This document shows, piece by piece, positions 9,581 to 21,800 of a DNA stretch of 32,192 nt. The notes under the pieces were generated by a model that was given only the letters and a program-made list of their open reading frames with translations, was not told the origin of the DNA and ran no database searches. The stretch's first letter is position 1; each line of letters begins with the position of its first letter. Source of the stretch: Aduncisulcus paluster (Eukaryota); the NCBI GenBank assembly GCA_024181965.1, contig BQXS01013846.1, positions 1 to 32,192 on the forward strand, given 5' to 3'. A program made the position numbers and the translations under genes.

Positions 9581-12500
9581 ATGATGATTAATCTATTGTC
9601 TTCCCTTTGCGAATATCTATGCTATCATAAATTTTATTCCTTTATCATAGTTGTACTTTGTATTTTTTGCTATTTACCAGATTGTCTCTGTATTGCGTCT
9701 GCTTCCAACTCTTCTTTCTCAATTTCTTCTGGTGCCAAGGCAGCCACCTTATCCAATGTAATTTTAACATTGAATGATTCATCAGGAAATCCTATATCAT
9801 CCCTCTCTGATGATACTATCTCAATATGCTCAAACTCGACTTATAATGACATAGGAACACAATGTTTCTCAAATAATTCACTTGAATTAGTTGGGAGTGG
9901 GAAATACTCGCTTCAATTAATCTTATATAGAACTTCAGATACAATTAGCGTAAAAGTCAATGGGGAATCTCTCCCAGCTTCTCCCGCGGTTCTTGGGTCA
10001 AATTTACTTCCTGCAGAACCAAATTCCTCCTCGGATTTCGATCTATTCTTGTTTTGGCGTGAGTATCCTATTGATGCTGATACTGGTGAACCCGACACTT
10101 CTCAAGACGAAACAGACCGGTTACAGACGGTAACTGTTGATAACCCCATTAGTTTTGCCCTTCATTTGACAGATATCTACGGCAATGACGTGTCTCTCCT
10201 TGGAATCAGTGCAAATGTTGAAGTTTCTCAAGTATCTTGTTCGGAAGAACATACTGGAGGCTATTCAAAGTCTCTTCCATCAATTGATTATTGTACTTCT
10301 TCAGTGGATACGTATGCCATTCATTATCCATCGGACGGCACTGATACAGCCGGTCCTTATTCAAACCACACCGATTCTTCTGATACTGATTCTCCATGTT
10401 CTATTTTTAGTTATGACAAAACAGATTCGACGTTATCTGCCGTATCTAGTATTCAAGATCCTGAAGACAGCGTTGAAACTAACTCTGATGGTGGAGCAAA
10501 TGGATTTTTTCTCGTGAAACGTGCCGGAGTGTATGAAATTACGGTATCTTTCGCTATTATTGAAGATGCATCTGTTGATAATCCATTTGAAAATGCCGAT
10601 ATTTTGGTCAAGAAAAGTCAAACTATCCTTGTAAAAAGTGGTGTCAGCTCTGGTCGCATTATCCAACGTGTGTCTCTTGAGGATTCTGATGGAAATGTGC
10701 TTGCAACAGCTCAAAATTTCAATTATTTGCTTAGTTTATATTCTAACGAACGTATTTCTGCTGGTTATGACTATGAAAACTTTGATTTTCAATATATTTT
10801 ACCATTTCAACCGCTGGATTGGCCATCAGAAACTTACGAATTTAATTATTTACCAACCATGGATTTACAATATTTTGTTGTGAGAAATGTTGATCAATAT
10901 CTAAATATAGTTCACACCGATATTTCTATAAATAGTATATCTATTATTAGTAATAGTAATGATGATCCGGAACAGTCTGGGGCGTTCGTTGGACTTGTTC
11001 TTGCTGCAAATGATAATAATAATAATAATGTTGCTCTCATCTGTTCTGATTCTATAAATAGCACAACGATTGACACCGATTTGTATAATTATAGCGTATC
11101 TTCAAATGGTGATGCCTCTGCGCATCTTATTATTGTTTCTGCTGATCGGAATGGGATGTTAGAACTCAATATTGATGGATTTGATTCCAACCCCATTTCA
11201 TTTTCTTTCTATTTTTCATTTTATTATATTAATGATAGTAGATCAGTGTTGGATTCTTTCTCAAATTCTATCTTTAGTCTCTCTGATATTGAGTTCAACA
11301 CTACTGATAGTCATGACCAATCTTACTTTTTAGCGCCCATATCCTCATTAATGTCTTCTCTAAACTCATTCATGGTTTCCTTACACACATATGAAATGTC
11401 TATTGGTCTCTCTCTTTCTCAATTCTATATTTGTCTTGGTGAGAAATATTGTGATGATGATGATCCTCTTTCTGTAGATTCTGTTGCTGCTGAAACGTTA
11501 TCTCTCTCCTTATTAATATCTACTCCTTATCAAACACGTGGGAAAACTGGCCGAATAACTATCGGTGATATCGATTCTGCCTCATCTGCTTCATCTTCCT
11601 CTTCCTCCTCTTCTTCAACTGCCTTCTCTCCTTCTTCTTCCATCTCTTCTAGTCAATCCTTGTTGGATTTTACGAGGAATATGAACTTACACGTTGTTCT
11701 GGACTGAGATCAGTGTGGGAATCAACGGTGCGAGTCAAGGNNNNNNNNNNNNNNNNNNNNGTGAGAAATATTGTGATGATGATGATCCTCTTTCTGTAGA
11801 TTCTGTTGCTGCTGAAACGTTATCTCTCTCCTTATTAATATCTACTCCTTATCAAACACGTGGGAAAACTGGCCGAATAACTATCGGTGATATCGATTCT
11901 GCATCATCTGCTTCATCTTCCTCTTCCTCCTCTTCTTCAACTGCCTTCTCTCCTTCTTCTTCCATCTCTTCTAGTCAATCCTTGTTGGATTTTATCGAGG
12001 AATATGAACTTACACGTTGTTCTGGACTGAGATCAGTGTGGGAATCAACGGTGCGAGTCAAGGTGATTCTCCCTTCGGTTCTTGTTCCGTTGGAATCATC
12101 GGTGTCTCTTCTATTTATATCTCACACTGCTACCTGGTGGGAATGGTTACTAGTAATACTCTCTGGCATTATTATATTGTACTTCATTATTTATGTTCCT
12201 ATTTTTATCCATTTGAGAAAGAAGAGATCATGTGAACTTTCTTCAAATATTTATAGTGATGATCTGACGGTGTATTTTTGTCACAATTGCACCAAAAATT
12301 GGCGGGATGCCTGTGAATGTTGTTGTGATCATGAAAATGGTGAATTGGAAAGATGGAAGAGCAAAGATAAGAGCAGATCAGTGGCGAACTCTGTTTATTC
12401 TCATTCTTCATCTATTTATAGTAACTCATCTATTTATAGTAACTCATCTATAAGGTATGGTCCAAGCAAATCTAAATCTAAACATTCTTCCAGAAAGTTG

Positions 12501-12665
12501 AAACCTGAAAATGTTCGATACCGTCTACCTACCTCTTCTTCTTCTTCTTCTTCCTCCTCTTCTCGGCATTCTGCCAAGCCAATACCTTTGAGAAGGACTT
12601 CAAAAAGATATGAGCATGGATCTCAAGGAATCTCAAACTCTCATCGTCATTCTCATCATTATTAG
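9581..12665 (+). CDS. Type I single-pass membrane protein, ~920 aa, with filamin/Ig-like extracellular repeats and a Cys-cluster, Ser-rich basic cytoplasmic tail
   Basis: Joining 9581-11438 to 11761-12665 gives 2763 nt in frame. Hydrophobic N-terminal signal (FYSFIIVVLCIFCYL...ASA). Ig/filamin-like motifs: LTLNDSSGNP, GSGKYSL...ISVKVNGESLPASP, FALHLTDIYGN, KRAGVYEITV. TM helix WWEWLLVILSGIIILYFIIYVPIFIHL (~12135-12215) followed by RKKR, then CHNC...CECCC. Confidence 0.8.
11439..12063. repeat. Assembly gap (N 11741-11760) with duplicated flanks 11439-11740 and 11761-12063
   Basis: ~302-bp copies. The left copy has a 1-bp deletion near 11672, causing the false stop at 11707; there is also a GCC/GCA synonymous difference. 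Confidence 0.93.
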
Positions 12666-12837
12666 TCTTAATAATGGATTGATATGTCATTAAAAAATAT
12701 TTTTATTAATTTGTAAATGATAGAAATATATTGAATCATTTTTTACATCCAATATTATAATAGTTATTCCTATGGTTAGATTTTAGAAATTTTCTTTTTT
12801 TAGAACATCCTATTTATAGCATTCGATGAGTAAAATA

Positions 12838-15800
12838 CTATCCCCACATGTTTTCTGGAAGGATTATTTGAATCTTGCAATTTTTTTTATATCTTTTATA
12901 TGAAGCTGGCAAAAAACTCTCGGTATCCCTATAGACAATCCATTCCATGGCATCATCAAATTTGGGTGAGATTTGAGGAACAATTGAGGGAACATCGGAA
13001 AAGTCAGCAATAAGCTTTGACCAGGCATATGTTCCGCTTTTGGCCCCTCTTTTCACAATGTGGTACCAATCTTCAAGGTTATTTTTAATAATGTCAAATA
13101 CTTTGATGGCATATTTTGAATCAAGCTTACTAAAGTGTGAGAAGAAATTTAACACATTGAGAAAATCTTTTTCCTTATCACAGTATCGTGTTGCGAAAGT
13201 GAGCACAAAATCAATAACAAGAAGGAAAACTGACCAAATTTCATCAATTCTTGCCTTATTTGGTTCATCATTTCGTGTGATAATTGAAAAAATCCACATC
13301 CACTGATGACAATGACTATAATCTTCGTAGATTTCAAGCCATTGTTTTAGATATGGAGAAATTAGGCTAATAGTGGGACCTTTGAAGTATATACTTATGT
13401 TTCTAATCACCATTAACAAATATCGAGATACGATATCTTGTACTTTCCTCAAACTTCCTCTCTCGAGAATACGACGGATAGACGGAATTATCTTATGAAG
13501 GAAAGACTTATCTTCAACTTTAAAAGTATAATAAACACAAATATCACAATACTCTTCATCGATAATCTCTCCTAAGACTTCTTCCACTCCTAATATAAGA
13601 TCAAAAAATGTGTCAATGAAAGAGTTAAGTTCAGGAATAGGTAAATTATCATTATTGACTACTAATAATTGCAAACATTGAACACCAAGAATAATCTCTT
13701 TCTTATGTTCTTCAATCAATCTACAACCTTTGTTTGAAGTAAACAAGGAAATTAGAGTCTTTCTATGTTTCTTATAGAGTTTAACTTTTGATTTTCCATT
13801 GGGGCATCCGTGAATGGAATCAATTATTATTGATAATTTTTTACAAGAGGAATAACAATTTCCCAAATATTTTGGGCAGTAATTATTACCAAAAACTCTA
13901 TTAATTTTACACCACTCCATATTGGCATCAAACTTTGGATAAATGTGAGGAACAATAGGTGGAACTGTAGAGAACATGGAAATAAGTTTTGACCAGAAGA
14001 TAATGCCCCATTTGTGCTTTTCCTTCTTAATAACTGTAAACCACTCATCAAGAAGCTCTTTTACACTATCATAGACTTCAATAGCATGTGATGGATCACA
14101 ACATAAGTTGGAGAAGAATCGTAAAGCAAATTCATGACCATCCTCAACAATCTTATCCCCAACAAACTCTCTCTTAACAACATCAAAAATAGGGTGGAAA
14201 AGAGGCCAAGCTTCAGAACAGAGGGATTTGTTGGGTGTTTCATCATCACTTGAGAGGGTAATTTTTGATAAAATAATCATCCATTCTCCATAACACTCAC
14301 TATCGTTGTATATCCTTAGCCAATCTTTGAGATATGGTTTGATGAGGGTGAGAATAGAAGATCGAGTCGAAAAAGAGGGAGAAATAGAGATATTCCTGAG
14401 AGTTCTTAATAATCGTAGAGCAACATCTCCTCCCAACTTTTTCTCACTTCCTCTTTCAAGAATACGATGGAAAGTGGGAGATATTTTGGGTAAGAAGGAA
14501 TCCCGTTTATCTTCAACTTTGAAAGAATAACTCACACAAATCCTACAATACTCTTCATCAACATCTCCTTCCAAAACCTGCTCAACTCTTGATAAATGAT
14601 CAATGAAAGTGTCAATAAGATCATTCAAATCAGAATTAGGGAGATAGATCTCATTTCCAGAAATAATATGTCTAACAAACTCATCTAAACACTGAACACA
14701 AAGAATAATCTCCTTCTTATGTTCTTCAATCTCACTATTTGATTCGTGTGAAAGGAATTCAGATAAGAGTTGCTGTTTGTATTCATAATATAGTTTTGAT
14801 GTGGATGTGGAATCAGGACAATGCCTGATGAGATTGAGTAATTCAATTAAGTTGTGGCAAGAAGGTGAAGAATTGGAAAGATATCTTGAGTAATCTCCCC
14901 AAAGTGCTCCATTATTTTTACACCATTCCATGTTGGCATCAAACTTTGGACAAATTTGAGGGAAAAGAGATGGAATAGTTGAGAACACGGAAATGAGATT
15001 CGACCAAAATATGATACCCCATTGGTATTCTTTCCTCTTTATAGTTTCAAACCACTCATCAAGAAGATCTTTAACATTATCAAAGATCTCAAGAGAATGT
15101 AATGGATCACAACATAAGTTGGAGAAGAATCGTAAAACTTCTTCACGATCATCCTCAACAATCTTATCCCCAACAAACTCTCTCTTAACAACATCAAGAA
15201 CAGGGTGGAAGAGAGGCCAAGTTTCAGAACAGAGGGATTTGTTGGGTGTTTCATCATCACTTGAGAGGGTAATTTTTGATAAAATAATCATCCATTCTCC
15301 ATAACACTCACTATCGTTGTATATCCTTAGCCAATCTTTGAGATATGGTTTGATGAGAGTTAGAATAGAAGATCGAGTGGAAGAAGAGGGAGAATTAGAG
15401 ATGTTTCTGAGAGTTATCAATAAATGTTGAGTAACATCTCCTCCAAACTTTTTCTTACTTCCTCTCTCAAGAATGCGATGGAAAGAGGGAGATATTTTGG
15501 GTAAGAAGGAATCCTTTTTATCTTGAACTTTGAAAGTATAATTAACACAAATCCTACAATACTCTTCATCAACATCATCTTCCAAAACCTGGTCAACCCT
15601 TGATAAATGATCAATGAAAGTGTCAATGAGATCATTCAAATCAGGAATAGGGAGATAGATCTCATTTCCAGAAATAACATGTCTAACAAACAATTCTAAA
15701 CACTGAACACAAAGAATAATCTCCTTCTTATGTTCTTCAATCTCACTCTTTGATTGGTATTCAAGGAATACAGAAATGATCTCATCTCGATGTTCATCGA

Positions 15801-18800
15801 AGAGTTCAGCAGTTGACTCAGAATCAGCGCATTTCTCAATGGAATCAATTAATTCCTTCCATTTCTTGAGAGAAGCAAAACAATTACCAAGATACCTTGA
15901 ATAATAATTTCTCCATCCTCCATTTTTCATGCACCAATACATCTCATCATCAAATTTAGGTGAAAGTTGAGGAACAATTGAGGGGATTTCTGATAGCATG
16001 TAAATGAGATAGTACCAATATTTAACACCGGCGCTATCATCTTTTTCTTCCTTCTTCTTCTTTACCATCTCAAACCAACTATCAAGAAGATCATCTTTAA
16101 TGCATTCATGAATTTCAATGGCTTGGGAAGGAATGCAACTCAGATGAGCAAAGAATAATAAACAACGAACAATAGCTTCATCATCAAATGTTACACCCTT
16201 GGAATCTGTATCTTTAATCACATCCAAGACAGGATGGAAGACAAACCAGAGTTGTGAGGAACGACCTTCATGAGGGCGTTCGTTATCCTTATCAAGAGTG
16301 ATATTCTTCAAAATGTTTGTCCAATGCAAAAAGAACTTCTTATCAGGATACCTCCTCATCCAAGGGAAGATATGAGGGCGAAGAATGGATAAAAGGGAAT
16401 CTTTAGTGGAATTATCTTCGGCAAAGGCGATCTTTCTACATGTTATGAGGATATCTTCGATGAATGAATTCTCAAGTTTTTGAGATATACCAAGAGTTAA
16501 TATCTTGGAGAGAAAAGGAGAGATTTGGGGATATACTTTGATTCGAATGGATTCAACTTTGTCAAGAGAGACATTTAGAATTCTAAACAATAACATTGTG
16601 ATAGAGCTCACGCCAGCTTCTTTTGTTCCACTATCTTCTTCTTCTCCTTCTTCTTCTTTTGTCATTTCTCCATTCATCCTCAGAACAGATTCAACTTTGA
16701 TCATTTGAGGCAAGAAAGAGTCAATGATCTTCTTGATGGAAGTTTCATCGAGGATGACCTCAATATCTTCTTCTCCATCTTCTTCTTTCGTAACTTTATG
16801 CTTCATGAACAGGGATAAACATTCGAAACAAAGAGCGAAGAGATCTCGATTGGAAGTGATAGCAGAAGGTGTCGTGTATTCGTCAAATTGATCTTTGAGA
16901 TCCTGAAATGATTTTTTAAGGAGTGATGAGATGTCAGACTGGGAGGAAGAATCTTTTATGTTATATTTAAGTATTTTTAAATTAGTTTCTTTTCTGATTA
17001 CATCATCAGATTTAAACTGAGTTAAGGTTTTCCTGCAGATATCATGGTCACTCTTCAATTTGAATTTGCCAAGTGTAACTTCTGCCTTCGAATCTTCAGG
17101 GATTCTGCTTGTTTTTCCCTCTATTATTTGGAAAGGTTCACCAATTTGGTTGGCCAAGTCATGACATTCACTGATATGACCTCTCTCAGAACTTTGGATT
17201 TGTAAAATCTGATTTGATGTATGATCTATTTCCAAGATATCCACAGAACCACTATTTTTGCTAGCCCCAGCATCAACTTTATGGATACTAATAACTTGTC
17301 TTGGCTCATCAGTCGGCAAAGATCCAATCACATTCCTATTATCTGGGTGTTCTTTGCCCTGATTTTCTGAGGATGAAAATAGAGAAGAGCAAGATAAATC
17401 ATCTTCATCTGGTTCACTCTCTTCAGTGTCTTTTCCACCTCCAATTTCATTAGTTTGCTTTTTTGACATTTCATCAGATTTGTGAAGATCTTTTTTCAAT
17501 AAGTAAGTGGATTCAACTGACTTTTTATCTGGATTGCAATTTCGCAAATATCTTGAATAATCTTCACTTCGACCTCCATTTTTCATACACCATTCCATTT
17601 CATGATCGAATTTGGGTGATATTTGGGGGACAATCGATGTATTTGTAGATAATACGGAAATAAGTTTGGACCAGAATTCAATTCCAAGATAATCCATGTT
17701 TTTCTTTAAAATTTCAAACCAATTAAGCATATTCTCCTTAATATTAGCGTATATTTCGAGGGAATGAGATGGGTTGCAACATAAATTCGAAACGAATTGC
17801 AAAATTTTGTAAGAATCCTCAACAATCTTTTCCCCTTCAAACTCTCTCTTAACAACATCAAGAACAGGGTGGAAAAGAGGCCAAGCTTCAGAACAGAGGG
17901 ATTTGTCGGGTATTTCATCATCACTTGAGAGGGTGATTTTTGATAAAATAATCATCCATTCTCCATAACACTCACTATCGTTGTATATTCTCAACCAATC
18001 CTTGATATATGGTTTGATGAGGGTGAGAATAGAAGATCGAGTCGAAAAAGAGGGAGAAATAGAGATATTTTTGAGAGTCATTAATAATTGTAGAGCAACA
18101 TCTCCTCCCAACTTTTTCTCACTTCCTCTCTCAAGAATACGTTGGAAACTGGGAGATATTTTGGGTAAGAAGGAATCCCGTTTATCTTTAACTTTGAAAG
18201 TATAACACATACAAATCGTACAATACTCTTCATCAACATCTCCTTCCAAAACCTTCTCAACCCTTGATAAATGATCAATGAAAGTGTCAATGAGATCATT
18301 CAAATCAGGAATAGGGAGATAGATCTCATTTCCAGAAATATCATGTCTAACAAACTCATCTAAACACTGAACACAAAGAATAATCTCTTTCTTATGTTCT
18401 TCAATCTCACTCTCTGATTGGTATTCAAGGAAGACAGAAAGGATCTCATCTCGATGTTCATGGTAGAGCTTAGAAGTTGACTCAGAATCAGAGCATCTCT
18501 TAATGGAATCAATCAATTCCTTCCATTTCTTGAGAGAAACAAAACAATTACCAAGATACTTTGAATAATTGTCCCTCCGTCCTCCATTTTTCAAACACCA
18601 ATGCATCTCATCATCAAATTTAGGTGAAAGTTGAGGAACAATTGAGGGGATTTCTGATAGCATGGAAATTAGATCGGACCAGTATTTGATTCCCCATTTG
18701 TGTTTTTTCTCCTTGATAACTGTAAACCACACATCAAGAAGCTCTTTTACACTATCAGAGATTTCAACAACATTTAATGGATTACAACATAAGTTGGAGA

Positions 18801-21800
18801 AGAATGATAAAACTTCTTCATGATCATCCTCAACAATCTTATCCCCAACAAACTCTCTCTTAACAACATCAAGAACAGGGTGGAAGAGAGGCCAAGTTTC
18901 AGAACAGAGGGATTTGTTGGGTGTTTCATCATCACTTGAGAGGGTAATTTTTGATAAAATAATCATCCATTCTCCATAACACTCACTATCGTTGTATATC
19001 CTTAGCCAATCTTTGAGATATGGTTTGATGAGGGTGAGAATAGAAGATCGAGTCGAAAAAGAGGGAGAAATAGAGATATTCCTGAGAGTTCTTAATAATC
19101 GTAGAGCAACATCTCCTCCCAACTTTTTCTCACTTCCTCTTTCAAGAATACGATGGAAAGTGGGAGATATTTTGGGTAAGAATGAATCGAAAATATCAAC
19201 TTTGAAAGTATAACCAGCACAAATACAACAATACTCTTCATCAACATCTCCTTCCAAAACCTTCTCAACCCTTGATAAATGATCAATGAAAGTGTCAATG
19301 AGATCATTCAGATTAGGAATGGAGATATGAATATTATTTTCCTCTGAAATTTCATTGTTAACAAAGCCCCTTAAACATTGAACACAAAGAATAACCTCTT
19401 TCTTATGCTTTTCGATTTCACTCTTTGTCTGAAACAAAAATAAGACAGAAAGAAGATATTCTCGGAACTCATGATAAAGTTTTGAAGTTGATTCTGCATC
19501 TTGACATTCAACTTGGATTTGTTCTTCCAAATCAATTAGATTATAGTTACTAATAACTCTCATTAACATCGAAGATAATTGGGGAATCACTTGTCTAGAT
19601 TTAAAACATTCAACTCGCTGTTCGCCCAGAGAAACGATTCGAATCAATGATTTTGTGATGTTACTCACTTCACATTTTTCAGTTTCTTTTTCTTCCATCT
19701 CACTCAATTTTGCTTCAATCTGAATCAAAGGGGTTAAAAATACATCAATCAATTCTTTGAGAGAGGTTTCATTCAGAGTTAATGTATTATCATCACCATC
19801 ATCAGATTCATCACTGAAAGTAGATCCATCATCAGATTCAGTACTGGAAATAGATCCATCATCGGATTCAGTACTGGAAATGGATCCATCGTCAGATTCA
19901 TCATTGGAAGTAGGTCCATCGTCATTACAAGAAGAATGCTTAGAGCTCAAAGATTCGCTTATTTCTTCTTCTAGCTCCTCGTACTCATGTTGGACAAATA
20001 GAGATACACATTCGAACCAAAGAGTGAATATGGCTCGATTAGATGCAAAAGAAGGGGATAAACCTCCGATGTGTGTTGAAAAGAATTTGTTTCTATTCCA
20101 TTCATCGAAATTATCTTTGAGACGAGGAAAAGAGTTTTCAAAAAGTGAGGTTAGAGAAGATTGAGATGAAGTGAGCTTAATATCTTTGGCCAATAATTGG
20201 AGTTCAGTCATTGAAAATGGTTTTAAGTATATTTTTGTATCAGACAATGGGTTTGGTGAATGAGTGGTTTTTCTTTCAATTCCAGGACCTGAGGGTGACA
20301 GTGGTGAACCACTTGTATTCGATTCTTTATCACGAATGAATAACATCGATGCAATTAAAAAAGACCGTTTTGTTTGACAGTTCCAAATTCCTTTTCCTCG
20401 AATCTCACATAAAGAAATGTCAAACAGATCGATGGGAAGGAAATGCCATTCATATTGATGCTTGAGCTTTGTAAATTTATATTTCTTGTAAGTTTTCTTC
20501 CCTTTAGAATGAGTAAACGTGAAGAGGAGAGAAGGGGAACTAAAATCTCTGTGAACACAAATATAGACCCCTTTTACAAATGGTTGTTTCTCATCAGAGG
20601 AGTCAAGAGTGGGTGAAAAGGGCGAAAAAGTTATAGAAAGATGAGATAACCATACCTCATGACCATTTTGTAACATTTTCTGAGCCAAATTACTCCTCGA
20701 AAAATTCTTGGACGGTTTCATAGAATCATCCCAACCTTTGACTTTTGTAATAGTTGTATTTATGACATCATCAGCATCTCGAGGAATAGGATTGAATAAA
20801 ATTCCACCTTGGACCTTGAATTGAGTAAGGATCGTGGGCTACAATAAAATATAAAAAAAATTAAAAAGGTATAAATAAGAGCAAAATTATTTAAATTAAT
20901 TTTTAAAATTTTAATAATAAACGAATTATGAAATAAACATACTGAACTGTCCCAAATAGTATCGATTTCTTTTTTTCTGCAACGATAAGTCATTTTAATG
21001 TCTTTGGGGTTTGTGAGTTCTTGTTCAAAAATGACAGCTGTTATTGAAAATCCTTTGTTCTCCATGCTTTCGCCCCGAATCTGACATAATTCAACATTCT
21101 TTTGAAGTATTGGGAGGAAAAACCACTTCTTTTCTTCCAAATCATGATTAGAAAATTTGAACTTTTTTTCCATTTGTTTTTTCCCTGTCGGATCAAAGAA
21201 AGAAAATTGAAGCATTTTGGGTGGAGAATCCCGAGAAATACCTTTGCTCTTGCCAATACATATATAAACTCCATGGATCGATATAAATTTGGAAAATGGA
21301 ATAGAAATAAAAGAAAAATTTCCAACATTATATTCACCATTCATTAATTGTTGAGCTTCCTTACTTTGATCATATTTGGGGTTAGTTTTGGGAAGAAATT
21401 GATTAAATGCTTGAATATTCTGAATCATTGGATCAATTAAGGAAATATCATCCAAAGGAATGGGATTACATGCCATATCACCATTATGAATAAAAACTGG
21501 GACTGAGCTAGAAGGAGTTTCTGACAGCATGGCAATTTTTGAAGTTGAAGTTGTGTCTTTAGAATCTCCTTCTTTTCCGCTTTCCAAACTGGCCATTAAG
21601 TGATGAAGTTTCTTTTCTTTAAGATCTTCTTCTTCCTTCTTGGATGTTTCTCCCTCTTTTATGCCGAAGGAAGAAATTATATCTTGTTCCCTGAATTCAC
21701 TAACAAAATACAGGGCATTGATAGTAAACTGGCTTGGAGCTGTTGGATTATGCTGATTTTCACCTTTAATCTCANNNNNNNNNNNNNNNNNNNNTCATCC

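Noticed and set aside
19790-19925. 30-bp repeats as a CRISPR array
   Set aside because: Head-to-tail in-frame coding units with no unique spacers, no cas genes, and a eukaryotic context.
13040-20558. Recurrent short ORFs such as MYILSQSLRYG..., MMMKHPTNPS... and MISLTLSLII...
   Set aside because: Off-frame or antisense echoes of the 1011-bp coding repeat.
12838-20838. Hexamitid-type code (TAA/TAG = Gln)
   Set aside because: Multi-kb ORFs contain no in-frame TAA/TAG, and genes end at TAG, TAA or TGA followed by AT-rich DNA, consistent with the standard code.
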